Shown: in pieces, positions 34,132 to 49,108 of the stretch
Layout of the letters: each line of letters starts with the position of its first letter
How positions within the stretch are numbered: the stretch's first letter is position 1
DNA from: the human T2T-CHM13v2.0 reference genome, Homo sapiens
Direction: 5' to 3' (one strand)
DNA: 64,000 nt
Assembly (NCBI RefSeq): GCF_009914755.1
Contig: NC_060926.1
Notes under the pieces: generated by a model
The model's database searches: none
Told to the model about the DNA's origin: nothing
Seen by the model: only the letters and a program-made list of their open reading frames with translations
Position numbers and translations under genes: made by a program

Positions 34132-34389
34132 CAGTGCTACTCAAAGTGTGCTCAATGACTGGTGCTGTCAAACTACTGCTGGTATGTGACAACATAGAAA
34201 TTAGACATTTCAAAATATGTATGGCAAGTTGACATTGTCATGACATGATCATCGTGCTTATATTCTGTATGTCTTTTCTTTCAAAGATTATTTCATTTTT
34301 CTAATAATTTAGTGTATCTTACAAAAGTATTACTAGTGATGAACTAGAGGGAAACTGGTCCATCACCCCAGACAGTCTGAGAAGCACTG
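34132..34389 (-). mobile_element. MER112-like hAT-Charlie MITE
   Basis: TIRs cagtgctactca / tgagaagcactg; about 258 bp. Confidence 0.65.
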
Positions 34390-34539
34390 ACAAGAGCCGC
34401 AGACTACAGTGTCCATTGCTGCGGGGCACAAATGACTGGTATGTGTATAACATCAGCAGATGTAGTCACCTCTTGAATGCCTTATCCATGGGGTCATTTC
34501 CTTCACTTTCTTAAAAAGATGGTAATAAATAAAGGAAGT

Positions 34540-34760
34540 AGAATATGAGCCCTGGAAGCAGACATATGGGGGCTTGAATTCTGATTCTACCACTTTAGCT
34601 ATATGTGTCCTTCAGCAACTTTCTCCTACCTTCTCTGGGTCTTTCCTCATCTGTAAAATGAAAATACCAAAACATATCACAGAGTGGTCATGAGGTGCAA
34701 ATTAAGAGGTATCGAAGGTGCCTCATATAGTGCCTGATGGATCTCTAGTCAATGTTGGTA
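34540..34760 (+). mobile_element. MIR
   Basis: ttgaattctgattctaccact...tttcctcatctgtaaaatg. Confidence 0.65.
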
Positions 34761-37700
34761 TTCTTTCCCTTTCTCTTTTCAATCAGTCTTTCTTTTTTGG
34801 AAAAACGACCAAATCTAAAAAAACAGATGCCTCAAATTATTTAAATAATAGAGAAGCTACCCACTAACTGTATCTTCCAAGATTTATATTAGATAAGTAT
34901 AGTATTCATTTCAAATCTCTGGTGACCTATTAAGGTTTCACATTCAGGGATCATAACAAAAAAAATACAGTTACCTTTAAAAGATAATCCAACTCCTAGG
35001 CCAGAGAAAGACTAAAGATTTTAACACATCTGAGTAAAAATATGCCCATCAGAGGGGGTGGGATGTTTGTCAATAATGAAGATTAGAAAAACAGCAGTCA
35101 CAGAGAGGAAAAAGTTGGCAGGACCTGCATAAAGGAAGGCGTGGTCTTTGTCAACAGACCTGGTATCTCATCCCATTAACAAGGCTAGCCCCACTGGGGT
35201 GGGGGGTGGCATCTGCATCAAACTCTTTGGCCTCATGACATTAACCATGTGAATTATATAACAAGCTCCCTTTGTTTTGTTTCAGTTCACCAAGTAGCCA
35301 CCTTATTATAATTTGACCCCTTGTAAATCTGTCTTCTGAGAGAGAATCTGCTGGTCATATCAAGTCAAGTGTTTTTATCCTTATGCTAGTTATATTTTTG
35401 GTTGTGAATCACTACCTGTACCAACTATATGAATTGACTAACAAGAGACAGGTCTTATGGTGCAATAACAAAAAGCAGGGTTCTAAGTCAATAAGGCTAA
35501 CAGTCACACCCAAATAGTTCACTCTTCAATGTCATGCCACCCAGCAGGCTCTCTCAGAAGGCAGCTTGCTCCTGTTGTCACCTAAAAGTACCTCTCTGTC
35601 TTCCTGCAGGTGTCTTCAAACTTCCACATCCATTATGTTGTCTATCTTGCTTTCAGTTGGACAAGAAAAGCTAATTTATAAAATTGTACATCTCTCACTC
35701 TGGGAAACAATCACACATAGCATAATGTAAGAGAGCATTTCTTTAGTTGACATCATTTCAGGATCTTAATTCCTCCACATATTTAGATATTTTTATGTAA
35801 TCCATCACCTATTCCAAACCCTCTTAAAATCTAAATATATGAAATTTCCAGATTTTTTTAAAAAGTCATAAATTGAAATATTGTCCTTCATGTCAGATGG
35901 ACATTCCCCTGTAATTCAGCCCTAGGTATTACTGGCAAACCATACAACTAATTCACAAAGCATTTTTTGTGATATGTAAAATGTGTTTTAAAACCTTTTA
36001 AAAATAACACTTGAATGATACGATTGTTTAAGCATAGCCACCTACACTATATCTCACCCACACATCTGGTGTCAAAGAGTTCAACTTGCTAACAACAGTA
36101 AGCTTTTGTAGGCACCAAGCATAAGCAGTAAAATAACAAAGGGATCTGTTAGGCTCCATAATTATACACCTATGGTGTGTGAGGCACAAAGCCAACTTCC
36201 AACCACCTGTGAAGGGCAGAGCCATTTTATTGAGTGGTCGTTTAAACTGTTCAAAGGCCTTTAAAAAGGGAGGAGGAGAGGAGACAGGAGGTGAGGGAGA
36301 AAGAGAAGGGAAGGGAGGAAAGAAAGGAGGGAAACATTTCTTGGAAGAGTTATCTGTACATTGCTTGATGGGGATTAGAATTGTGATCAGTACTATAATA
36401 CACCCCCAAATCAAATGAAAACAACATAAATACACTAAAAATATCACAAGTAATGCTTCTAATTGTTTAGCTTCTCACAGTAGTCACAAAGCAGAAACTG
36501 ACAAACCTATGATTTCCTCTAAAAATAAACATGGAAAACAATATCCTCAAGGACTGCTGTTGTTCTTCTCTCTTTGGCTGTTTTTACTGTGATGGTTACA
36601 CCTGGCTAGCTGCCCATGAAGAGCTGCTTCCTTCCCTCAGCAGTACCTCTTCCCCCTGGCCCAGCGGCTGTCCTGGCTGGGATGTACCTGGCAGCCCCAG
36701 CAGATTGTTCATGTGTTATTTACTCATACGCATACGTTGTAGCACACAAACTGCTTCTTAGGAGACGAACTTGGTGAGCACAGGCACTGATACATCTGAT
36801 ACATTTATATCACCAATAAATATAATTTAAAAAAACAGATTAAACCATAAGAAAAATATTCAAACTTCTATTTACTCATAAAATAGTTACCATAAATCTG
36901 AATGGAAAATATATCCTTTGGTTTTTTAAAAATCCAAGTCTATATAAAGGCAGATTAACTTTAGTGGATATTACAAAAAAAAAAGTTCCCAGTATGAAAA
37001 GATGTCTGGCAAAAACAGACCTGTAAATACTTCAAAGAGGAACTATCATTTGAAAATCAATCTAGGAAGTTCCAGATGGATAGTCATGCTCTTTTTTCAT
37101 GATTTAGAAAAACTACTTAATTTGGCTCAGGAAAGCAGCAGTGCCAAAATTCTGTCTATCCTTCGCCCATAACCTTTGTCCTGATAAAAAGATTATTTTT
37201 ATGATCCCATCACAGGAAAAAAAGCCTGATTTTGATTCTCAGAATCAACTTAGCAACATCTTAACCCTGAGATTGTCTTGCCATGTTCAAATCTTTCCTC
37301 AGATCTATGTTTTGGCCTTCTTTCCTCAGGGTCAAAGCTCATAGCCCCTCATTTCAATCTGGAGTTTAATATCATGAATCAAGAAAAAAAATCATTTTAT
37401 AAGAAATTGTTACAAACACCTATAGCTAAACAATTTTTTAAATGGATCAGTCAATTCAAAATATCACAAGAGCTTAAGTGCCTTCAATTTCAAAATACAA
37501 AAAAAGTAATCATAGTATCTAATCCTTACGTATGTATATAAAAATCTTACGTATGTATAAAAAACTTTAAAATGTCTTCAGAAACATTTCCCTTTATCAC
37601 AGTTAAATAGCAAGTTGGCCATTATTGAAAAATAAAAAGTAAAGCCACCAACATTGTGAGGCCCATGGCTGTAGGGAGATGGCTCCTAAGCTTGCACCTG

Positions 37701-37814
37701 AAGATCTTGTCTACCTGAGTCAAAGGATACATCAGGGCTGGATTTCTACCAGTGCTGCATCTCAGTGTGGTCTTGCACAAGTTATTTAACCTCTCATGAG
37801 CTCAGTTCCACCAC

Positions 37815-38070
37815 CATTAGCATTTTCCAAACATGTGTTCCAAGGAATATTAATCTCATGAAAAAGAGTTCTGTGGTCAAATTAAGCAAGAAACTGCAGC
37901 ACACAATTTCTCCCCTTTGGGAGATTCACAGTGCACACGAGCATTATGAATGCCTCTGAGAGATACTGAAATACATTAGTTTAACTTTATATCAATCTTA
38001 GTTGACCTCAGAATACCTTTATTGACCAACACTTGGTAGTAGCCTGTGAGCTGTACTTTGGAAAACACTG
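37815..38070. mobile_element. hAT-Charlie MITE (MER113-like)
   Basis: ttttccaaa...gagattcacagtgcac...tttggaaaacactg. Confidence 0.45.
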
Positions 38071-38507
38071 GTCCAGCATGTCTCAGGTCTCTTTAAGGAC
38101 TTATACTGACGAACTATAGGAAGAGTATTGCAGAGTCTTCTGACACAGGTTCAGGGGATTAAGACCAGATTTAGTGCCCTGGTGTCGACAAAGCACCTGT
38201 TCATGCTTACTAGCCCCTTAAGAACAACGCCATTCCCCTGTTCCTAATGAAAGCCTTCATTCAAGGTAAGTGGTAGTGGCTGTCACAGAATTTTGGTATC
38301 CACCTACAGTACAATAAGTAGCAGAAGTCACCAAGAATGCTAAGTTATCTTCAAAATGGGTTGGTTTTCCTTTCCAGACTGACTTGTTTTTCTCCACAGC
38401 AAATGTTTTTGCCACCGTTCACTAGAACAGTTCTGCCTAACTTTAATAGAATCCCTGCCCTTTGCCCACTTCCTTGTCCAGAATGAAGTCAACTTGAAGG
38501 TCGCATG

Positions 38508-38631
38508 TCAGGCAGTACTCGGGTTAAAGAGCTGCTCTTCCAAGAAGGCACCCCCAAGGCCATACTGCTCTTCATGCAGACTGATTTCTTCAGGTGACAA
38601 GTGGCTTCCTCCAAGAACAAAGTCTGCAAAT
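38508..38631 (-). CDS. NEMP2: NEMP2 exon 9 (terminal coding)
   Basis: ttgttag|A TTT GCA...ACT GCC TGA; [40 protein letters not shown]. Confidence 0.93.
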
Positions 38632-39076
38632 CTAACAAGTTTTTTGTTTTAAATAAAGTTAATGTTATCTCAGGAAGGTTTATTTGAAAGATAACATGTT
38701 CCCTTGCTATTTATCCCCTTTAATTAAATTTGACTTTGCATCAATACAGGGTGGCATTTACACAGTGGGTGTAAAAATGGGAATGGCTTATGTGATCCCT
38801 CTAAAAACAGCTATTCATGGAAAGGGCAGAGAATTAGGGCAGATATATAAGCACTAAGTAAGCCAAATGTACTCACTCCTGTTTTCTAATTCCTTCTTGT
38901 CTCTATTTTTTATTAGTTTGAATTTATTATTATTCATTATTTTGTTTCAAATACTTCCCCCTTCCATCTTTAATTTGAGGGCACTGTTATTTGGATAAAG
39001 TTATGAGGAAGAGAAAGCAATAAGGAAAAATTTTGGGACAGACGTCTTTCTTAGTGAACTTTAAAAATGATTTTCC

Positions 39077-39448
<372 letters not shown>

Positions 39449-39679
39449 TTATCTTTATAGCCTTCCCTATAAAACATCAGATAAATATTTATTCTGACAT
39501 CAGCAGTTCTACTGTGCAAAGTCACAGTACTGAGAAAAGGGACCTCTGACAACTTCCACATCATCTGTTATCCAGGGAAACAGTCTATTTCTACCCTGAA
39601 GTGCCTGTACCAAACCATCATATTATTTTTTAAATCATTCTGAACTAAACTATGGTCCGAGCAGCAGAGCGGGACTTAC

Positions 39680-39856
39680 TTGCTAGGAGTGTGGAGTCTG
39701 GAGACGACCAGCCATGAGGGAAAGTCGGGTTTTCGGCAGGCCCGGCGTAGCTCCTCCAGAGCACTGTTCGTTTCAGCATCAGCTTGCTCCCTGTACTCGT
39801 CTTCCGTAAGATATTTCACCACCAGCTCTTTTGATGTAAACCACTGCTCCATTTTC
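39680..39856 (-). CDS. NEMP2: NEMP2 exon 8 (177 nt, phase 2-2)
   Basis: ttttag|G AAA ATG...AGC AA|gtaagt; KMEQWFTSKELVVKYLTEDEYREQADAET...VSRLHTPS. Confidence 0.95.
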
Positions 39857-39919
39857 CTAAAACATGGCATGTGGTTGCAGGATTACTTCCTAATTCAATC
39901 CTTAAGATTTACAAAAATA

Positions 39920-40261
<342 letters not shown>

Positions 40262-40621
40262 TTAACTTCCTCTATATCATATCTATACTTTTTTATTGCT
40301 GTTATCATGACTGAGGTATAGAGAACATGTAGTTTGGGCCTAATAGTGTATTTCCCCATTTCCTGGACTATCATAAATAATGTCCTAAGGTATTTGAGAA
40401 TCAATTTCTGATACAGATGTTAATTGTATTTTTCTTCCTCGGTGATTTCTAATCACAGAGGCAATTAAAAGCTTGTTTTGTTTTGTTTTTTTATGCTTGG
40501 CCTGTTGATTTTCTTGGGCACTAATAGAAGCAAGCTTTTGAGATGTCCTTTTATGCAGACCCTCTAGAACACTGACCATTTACTCTCCACACCAAGAACC
40601 TGGGAGGATTTGTGGGATATC

Positions 40622-40640
40622 ACTTCCACCTAGTGGTGGT
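40622..40640 (-). promoter_or_regulatory. Candidate CTCF motif
   Basis: Minus strand CCACTAGGTGGAAG resembles the CTCF core; motif match only. Confidence 0.35.
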
Positions 40641-40854
40641 GATTCTAATCCTAGAGAGAAAGAGCAAATATTGTACAAAATTTATAGTAATTTTTCCTGT
40701 ATTACATGACGAGTGGATCATGATTAGAACTTTCTTTTTCCAACCAAGAAAATCCTAAATCTCATAAAATGTAGGAATCTAAAAATTTAGGAATCTAAGA
40801 CTCTCATAAAAATAGTAACAATAATAAGGTTTTTAAAACATTTGTTTTATTTAT

Positions 40855-41172
<318 letters not shown>

Positions 41173-41439
41173 TAAAACATTTGTTTTATTTATAATGAGT
41201 TTTTAAAAATATTTTGAGGTGGTTTTAAATTTAACCAGAGATTTTGAAATATAAATGAGCATCAGAATTATTAGGATATATTTATATAATATATATTTAA
41301 GTATATATATATTTTTTCTTGAGGGTTAGGATTGATAAATCTATTATCTTTTAAAGATCTTATAGTTGATGAGCTAGATCAAGGAAACAGTGATATAATC
41401 TCCTTCTGCTTTTCTGAATACCTGTGCATGGTTTCCCTG

Positions 41440-41760
41440 AAGGAAAAACCCTGGATGCTAAGCCAGAAGACCTGGACATAGTCCTGGCTTTGAGATTTAT
41501 TCACTATATGAACTTGGGGAATTCCTTAACAGTTCAGAGCCTCACTTTGCTCATATGAAAAAAATTAAAATGAAAGCAATAATATCTCCCTCATCTACTT
41601 CATAGGTCACTGTACAGGTTAAATGAGATATTTTGTGTAGGGTTCTTAGCACTGTAAGTGGCCTATAGTAGGTGTTCAATAAGGATAATCAAAAGAGTAG
41701 TTACCATATACTATTAAAATATAAGTAAACAGCTCTTTGCAACTAGAAAGTACTATACAA
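41440..41760 (+). mobile_element. MIR
   Basis: agaagacctgg...gagcctcactttgctcatatgaaa...ttaaatgagata. Confidence 0.6.
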
Positions 41761-43771
41761 AATAAAGGTATTATTTCTCTGGTGTGTTATTTAACCTATA
41801 AGTTCCTGTTTCATCCCCTAATTCTTTATATAATTATTCACTAGCAAAATTTTAAGTTGAGGAAGTTATAGTACATTTTGATTATTATAGAACACAGCTA
41901 GTGCACAAAAGAACCATTGTGCAGAACACACTCTGCTCTTGGCAGGGAGCTGGATGGTTAAAGGGAAGGAAGAAGGAACTCTATCCTGAGTTCCTCAGGC
42001 CACAAGCCTGGCAAAGGGCCAGGGACCTGGAAGATGTTGGGGGACCAGCCTCACTGACAAAAGACCTCTGGTGTTCCGAGTCACTGTTTGCCTCGGGCAG
42101 ATGGGGCAAAGAGAGACCCAGTCAGCATCAACCCTCCAACCCTGCCCTGCTGCCTTTCAGCCCCGCCAGCATCTTCTGTGCGGGCTCCCTGTCCTGTCAA
42201 TGGTGCAATTTTAACCCTGTGATATTGCCACACACACACACAGTCACCAGTTCCATAAACTACCAGTCACCATAGTGTCCTTCCTCACAGCCAATTTTAC
42301 CTCTTGAACATTTATTCACTCCCTCTTCTAGCCTTGGTCTCATGGTCCTACCCTAGGCCCTCATCAGCTCTCGCCTGGACCACTGTGATGTCTGATAACT
42401 GTTCTCCTGCCACAGGGGCCTCCCCTTTATATCCACCTGCTGTGCCAGAAGACAGATGGGCCACATCCCACCAGCCAATGAGTATTTATGGTCTCTGGTG
42501 TGATTTTTGTTTGTTCAATGTATTTTTATTTTTAATTATTTTTACTTTTAAATGCCAACATTTAAAAATCCTGAGATTTCACATTCTAATCGTAATTCCC
42601 ATTTCCAATTTTTCTAGAAAACCAGCAGATCTGGCAATACAGGACTCATATTCCCACACATGAGCAATCAGCTCAAGCTGAGTGGTAACAGCCCCGTTTT
42701 CAATGAGGTTGCTTTGTAGAGTTTCCCACAGTCCTCCTGGTTACTGCTGCCTTACCCCTGCTCAGCATCACTCACCATAGTATCTGCCTGGGTCCTAAGC
42801 AACTGGTTTGATAACTGCTGTAGAGGCAGCAGTCAGAGTGGACCAACTAAAATGTCTCATGGTTAAACCCCACTGTGTACAGGACTGGACTAGATTGCTT
42901 AGCATGGCTGCCATGCATCTGGCCCATGCCCACCTTGCTTGCTGCACTGACAGCACTGCCTATCTCCTGATGGTACCAAACTGGGCTTTCTCTCCATCAG
43001 GAAAGCCCTCCGCATTTATTCGTCTGGTTATTTTTATTCATTCTTTAAGATTCAGCGTAGTAATATCTCTCCAGGAAAGCTCTCCTGGCTTTCTCTATAT
43101 ACCCTTAGTTCCTGGGCAAGTCTCCATTTTAATACTTAAAAGAGATAGAAATGTATGCCTATGTCTAGCAAGTATACCTCAAGGGCAAGAACCATCTCCA
43201 TCTGTGCACCTGACATGAAAACAGCTGCTCAGACTCAATGACTGAGGAGAAACATAACAAAGCTGTCACAATAGAGGTTACTTCATTTTTCTTTTTATAC
43301 TCCAAAGGCCATAAGCCTTAACTAAAAACCTAAGAGAAAAGAAAGTCCTAAATACAAATAATACCTTTCAGTCATTTATGATTCATTTCTGTTTCCTAAT
43401 TCGTATCTCATAAGCACAGCTGATACCACTAAAGCAGTCTTTGACTCTAATTAAAGAAAATGTTGAATAAAAGAAGATATTTTAGGTAACCCAGAGTCCA
43501 AGTACTTCTGCCATTGACTCTAGTGAATTCTGAGTGAGCTCTAATTACCTGGTAATTGGTGGTACAGCTCTCAACGATTAATGAAGACTAGCCATGAAGA
43601 TGGGATCAGATGCTTGGAGCTCTCTACCCCTACACCCCCAATCTTGCTCAGAATGAAATCTCCAGATCAAATGTAATTATGAGATTAACATGATGTGTGC
43701 AAACACTCTCCCAAATAATAAAACTAGAGCTCAAAATGTCAAATTTGCTGGGGGAAAAAAATGATACATAC

Positions 43772-43997
43772 CACCTCATATAACTGCATGCTCTCAGTGG
43801 GTAGTGCAGACTCCAGGAGGACATGAGGAGGATTATGGCTGCATAGGCAAACTGAGGCACAGCCACACCAGCATAGACCAGAACCAGGGAGAGGAGTCGC
43901 AGCATCCACATCAGAAGACTTCTGCTCCTGTCGTCTGCAAGGGGCCCATGCTTGTAACAAACAACAAAGCTGAAAAATCCAACTATCAAGACATAGC
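43772..43997 (-). CDS. NEMP2: NEMP2 exon 7 (226 nt)
   Basis: ttttccag|GC TAT GTC...AGG TG|gtatgt; YVLIVGFFSFVVCYKHGPLADDRSRSLLMW...ACSYMR. Confidence 0.95.
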
Positions 43998-44349
43998 CTG
44001 GAAAAGTGGAAGAGGTAAAATAATATAAATTTGAATTTGAGACATTATGTGAAAAACCTGGCAGAGCCTTGACTTAAAGGTAAAAACTATTAGAGAACCT
44101 TAATTTTTGTGTTTTTTACCCCATAAAGTAAGGTTGAAAAATGCACATAGGGTGTTATTCCTTCCATATGAGATACTAGGCTGACTTTCGCAATAATTTG
44201 GGATGTACACTCATTATTATGATGATACATAAGTATGTCTGTGTTTTAGTCCAGCACCCTGGCTGGACTAAAATGTTATCATGGTTACTTTGGTCAGGAA
44301 GAAGTCACAGTTGTATGTCACCATTGGCTACAAACCCTATTTTTTATTT

Positions 44350-44930
44350 TTACCTTCTTGTCATGAAAGGAAAAGGTAATTTTACAGTGGAGGGAGTCAC
44401 CCTCTGAATCCAATGTTCAGTCTCATCATTACGATGGTGAGACTATAAGCTATTCTGTGTCTCTGGGTATGATCCAAGGTGAAGTGCCCATCACCTCTTA
44501 GGTATTCTATCTTAAGTGTTTAATTTATATCTAACCAAGCCTTGAAGTCTAATTTCCAGTTTACAGAAAATACGCAGAAGAGAAGAATATGTTAAATTCT
44601 ATCATAAAGGGGTCATCAGATAAATCTAGAAGGTGGAGATTCTACAGGACAAGCTTGGTTTCTTTAGCATATCACTATGATGAAAAAAGAACTGCTACGG
44701 ATTAAAAGCAATTTACAGGACAAAACAGATACTAAATGTGGTTCTGGACCATATCCTAGTTTATATAAGCCATCAAGAATGGGAAATTTTTTCATGGCCT
44801 GGGTAATAGATGATTTTATGTAATTATTTTTCAGATAATAATTAACTGATTATATAGGAAAAGCCTCTTGTTTTTCAGAGAGGAATAGTGCAGTATTCAG
44901 GGGAGCATACCATGGTATCTGTAATTTAAA
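44350..44930 (+). mobile_element. Old L1 (L1MC/L1ME-type) 3' fragment
   Basis: taattttacagtggag...ccagtttacagaaaata...attctacaggacaa; approximate. Confidence 0.5.
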
Positions 44931-45588
44931 AGTAGCACAAAAAGAAGAACGAGCTAAAAATATACAATTTTCAAGTAAAACAACTTAATTGCTTTTGTTT
45001 TGAGGGAAGTGAACTTATGTGAGAAATTTGGTGCTAAAGGTTAGGAGAAAATTGATTCTCTCATTGTCCATTATTTTCTAGTTAAAATAAACAATAAAAA
45101 CATTTATTTTGTAATGTAAAACAAGGAAAATAAATGGTTTCTTAGCCTCTGTGTTTCTGAAAAGGCAAGTTTTCATTAGTAATTTATAGTTAGGATTTCT
45201 CACCTTTCCTAATGAATACTTACGGGAAAGAAAGAAACAGCCACTTTTCAGAGAAGCTTTTACATTACCAGTTAGATGTGGTTAGAGCTTAACCACAATT
45301 CAGAAGCATGTGCATTCAAAAGGGACAAACACTTTTTTTTCCTCTTTTGATCATTACTACAGAAAACTAAGAAACATGTCATAGGGAAATCATCTAAAAT
45401 GAGATCTAAATGAACTGAAATCAACAACAATGGGAATAAGATAAACAAAATATTATTTTTAGTAGCACCTTTCGTTAGTTCAAAATGAAAATTTAGATGT
45501 TGGAGAGAAACATCTATCAAAAGAAGGCCTCTAGTTGTACATCTCAGTTTTACCAATCACAGAGCATATTGTTTTTCTATTTACCTAC

Positions 45589-45703
45589 CTAATACATATA
45601 TCCTGTTTTCATACCACAGCCACTTCAGATCTTCCATCAACTGGCATACAATATAAACTGAGGCAAACCAACAACCAACCATTAGAGCCCAAAAGGTGCT
45701 ATA
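45589..45703 (-). CDS. NEMP2: NEMP2 exon 6 (115 nt)
   Basis: cacacag|TAT AGC...TTA G|gtaggt; YSTFWALMVGCWFASVYIVCQLMEDLKWLWYENRIYVL. Confidence 0.95.
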
Positions 45704-45834
45704 CTGTGTGTGGAAGAAAATAAATGACACATTTTTTGGTTCATTCACTCTCATAAAAATAAAAGCAAACAAATAAACCTTTTGTATTAGAAACTCCTAC
45801 ATCAAACTGATTTGAAGTCAATTTAAGAAACTCC

Positions 45835-46001
45835 CTAGGGTCTTAAGGTGTGGTCCACAAATCAGCAACACCGACATCACATGGAGCTTGCTGGGATGGC
45901 AGAGTCCTAGGCCCCACTGCAGACTGCTAAATCAGAACCTGCATTTCAACAAGATTCCCATCTAGCTTGCATGTACACTGAAGTTGGAGTTATAAGCACT
46001 G
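45835..46001. mobile_element. MER5A-like MITE
   Basis: gtgtggtcc...aatcagaacctgcatttcaacaagattccc...aagcactg. Confidence 0.7.
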
Positions 46002-46127
46002 TTATAAAGAGTAAATTTATCTTAAAATAATGCTGCTGTTGCAAACTTTAATCAGTGTAACTGCAACACTACCAACATGAATTATTTATCCTCAACTAAG
46101 TTCAGTGTGTTATTTTATTGAAGGTGT

Positions 46128-46429
46128 AGCCGGGCACGGTGGCTCACGCCTGTATTTGCAGCTCTTTGGGAGGCCAAGGCAGGCAGATCGCTGGAGCTCA
46201 GGAGTTCAAGACCAGCCTGGGCAACATGGTGAAATCCTGTCTCTACAAAAAATACAAAAATTAGCTGGGCATGGTGGTGTGTGCCTGTAGTCCCAGCTAC
46301 TGGGCAGGCTGAGGCGGGAGGATCACTTGAACCCAGGAGGCAGAGGTTGCAGTGAGCCAAGATCATGTCACTAAATTCCAGCCTGGGCAACAGAGCAAGA
46401 CTGTGTCTCAAAAAAAAAAAAAAAAAAAA
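46128..46429 (+). mobile_element. AluJb-like
   Basis: gatcgctggagctcaggagttcaagaccagcctgggcaacatgg; poly(A) tail. Confidence 0.88.
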
Positions 46430-46837
46430 TAAGGTGGGTTGGGGAACTAATAATAATAAAGAAATTCCCAGATGTAGCAGTGCTGTTATTCAAGGCCCCA
46501 ATGGTTCAGCATCATGAGATTCCCAGCTCTATAAAGATAATAGAAATTTTCACTCAATATAGAAATAGCTTCCTATCACTCAAGAAAAACACATTACCGA
46601 GAAAGCAAAGGGGTCTCAAAAAAAGTATCATGAAAACTTAATACTCAGCTAAGCCTACATATAGTAATAAATAAAATCAGGAACTCCAGAAAAAGATACA
46701 TTTTAGAGCCAGTTTACATAATGAAGAAACATAATTTAAATTAGAACCTATCATAATGTGAATTAATTTTGATTAATTTTTCATGTCTGTAAGATCATGA
46801 TTTCCATTTTTTACTCATTTTCACATAGTATGCCTAC

Positions 46838-46931
46838 CTTCGGAATGAATCTTTTCACCAACAGCAAGACAAAGACTAATGTCATTAGAACACCTAGCAC
46901 AGTTCCCGAGGAGTAATAGAAAGTAGGGCTT
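46838..46931 (-). CDS. NEMP2: NEMP2 exon 5 (94 nt)
   Basis: ttgacag|A AGC CCT...CCG AAG|gtaggc; SPTFYYSSGTVLGVLMTLVFVLLLVKRFIPK. Confidence 0.95.
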
Positions 46932-48053
46932 CTGTCAAGATAAGCAGATAAAAGCTATTTAAATGCCAAAAAGCACTTTGAGTATGAAAAACATGTTTAA
47001 CCTGGCAACATCAGTCATAAATAACACTAAGAACAGAAAACTCAGATGGCAGCTCTCATTACATCCTATACTCTTAAAAAACAAAATGGGTACTTGAAAT
47101 TTATGGTAAGTTGCTTGCCACTAACTCAAAACAGAATGTCTGAAGTATTTTTCATATTCAGGATCTGATCAGACAATAATTACTGAACACCTATCATGTA
47201 GCAGGCACTTTTCTAGGTTTTAGAAAGGAGAAAATTAAGGCACCAAAAAGTTAAAAAATCTTCCCTAAGTCAGTATCTGCTCAGTGGAGGATTTGGGATT
47301 ACAGCCCAGCTCGTCAGAGTCCAGGCTTTATTCTTCATGCTATGTATGCATCATCTGGTTTCTAAAGTTCATGGATGACATTAAACACACTTGGTAATAC
47401 TATAAGGAAAAGCTTCAAAATGAACAATGTTAAGAATAGCTGACGAGTGTTGGGTACTAACCTAGAATCTACAAGCTAAGAAGTAAAATATTGAAAAAAA
47501 GATTTCTTTCTCATGAGAGAATTCCAAGAAGCAAAACATCAGAATAATATGTTTCTCAGATGAGAACTTGTCAGTAATAAAAAAGAAAATGATAATGTTT
47601 CTCTAAGAGTCAGAAATTTGCTATATTCAGCCTTCTGTATCACGGTCATAAATCTAGTAGGTGGCTCTAATGTAATAGAGCAAGGTGTGTGGACCAGAAA
47701 ACCAGGGAACAAATCTCCAGCCCTGATAAGAACTAGTAGTGTGATGAAGGATGTTGCTTTTCTCATCTATAAAATGAGAACAATAATACAGAGCTTGCAT
47801 AGTTATCAAGATCTAATAAAATGTTAATACATAAAATATGTGAAAGCACTTTGTAACATATACATATCACACGATAAAAATAAATGTTACTGTTTTCAAA
47901 GGCCTTTCCAATACCATCTTCAGACCTATTGTTTGCAAAACCTAAAGTAAGAACTACAAATGCACAATAGTGTGAAAATACTTAGCATGTGGTCAAAAAT
48001 GATCTAAATCCCTTTTCATTCACAAAGTTAAAAATATAAAAAGGAATACTTAC

Positions 48054-48126
48054 TGACTCAGGGTCCTTGCATAAAAGAAAAGAAAAACTCCTGCCACAAA
48101 CACAAGGAAGAGTTTGAAATCCATGA
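48054..48126 (-). CDS. NEMP2: NEMP2 exon 4 (73 nt)
   Basis: ttttttactccag|TC ATG GAT...AGT CA|gtaagt; MDFKLFLVFVAGVFLFFYARTLS. Confidence 0.95.
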
Positions 48127-48269
48127 CTGGAGTAAAAAAGACACACAAACACATAACAAAGATTTTTTATCAATGTAATGTTGGTAAAAGAAGAAAAAAG
48201 TCAATTTATTGAAAAGTTACTCCAGAAAAACTGAATCCAGAAAGTCAAGTATAATAAAATCGGACTTAC

Positions 48270-48501
48270 TGTTTCGATTCACATGTATCATATAGTTAAA
48301 TATCTTCTTGACAGGCTCCACAGAGAAGCACACAGTCTCCCTGTATGGATTGATGATTATGGTTATTTCGTTAGATTCCTTTGGTATCCAAAAGTTATGA
48401 ATCACACATTTGATAAAAGATAGAATGTTTTCTGGATATTGGCAATTATGTCTTTCTGCGATATATACAATTCTGAACAGGCCTGGACTGGTAATTTTCA
48501 C
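48270..48501 (-). CDS. NEMP2: NEMP2 exon 3 (232 nt)
   Basis: ttttacag|GTG AAA...AAC A|gtaagt; [25 protein letters not shown]...HVNRN. Confidence 0.95.
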
Positions 48502-48507
48502 CTGTAA

Positions 48508-48838
<331 letters not shown>

Positions 48839-49108
48839 AAAACTTCTTAAAAGCTTCTTAAAAACATGAGCAGAGGAGTAAAGATAACTCAAAGTCAGCT
48901 GAAAAAAGAATACTCAAATGCGCAGGGTAGAGTTCTATGTTCTGATCCCAGAGGTGGACTCAAGAGATCTGTATTTAGTCCAAACACACGCTGAACCACA
49001 GACATTATTGAAAGTGAATGCTTCTCCCTCCAAGCTGTGGCTGATTTAAGTCCCTCTTCTAGCAAGTTATTGTGGCCAAGAGACATTAAAAAGGATAAGA
49101 AGAATGTA

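Larger units (their letters stand above)
33650..38507 (-). other. NEMP2: NEMP2 3' UTR region (distal end inferred)
   Basis: Downstream of TGA at 38508-38510; Alu-free stretch. Confidence 0.55.

Noticed and set aside
36028-36447. ORFs on both strands over a purine-rich tract
   Set aside because: Low-complexity GA-rich sequence in the NEMP2 3'UTR region; no coding signature
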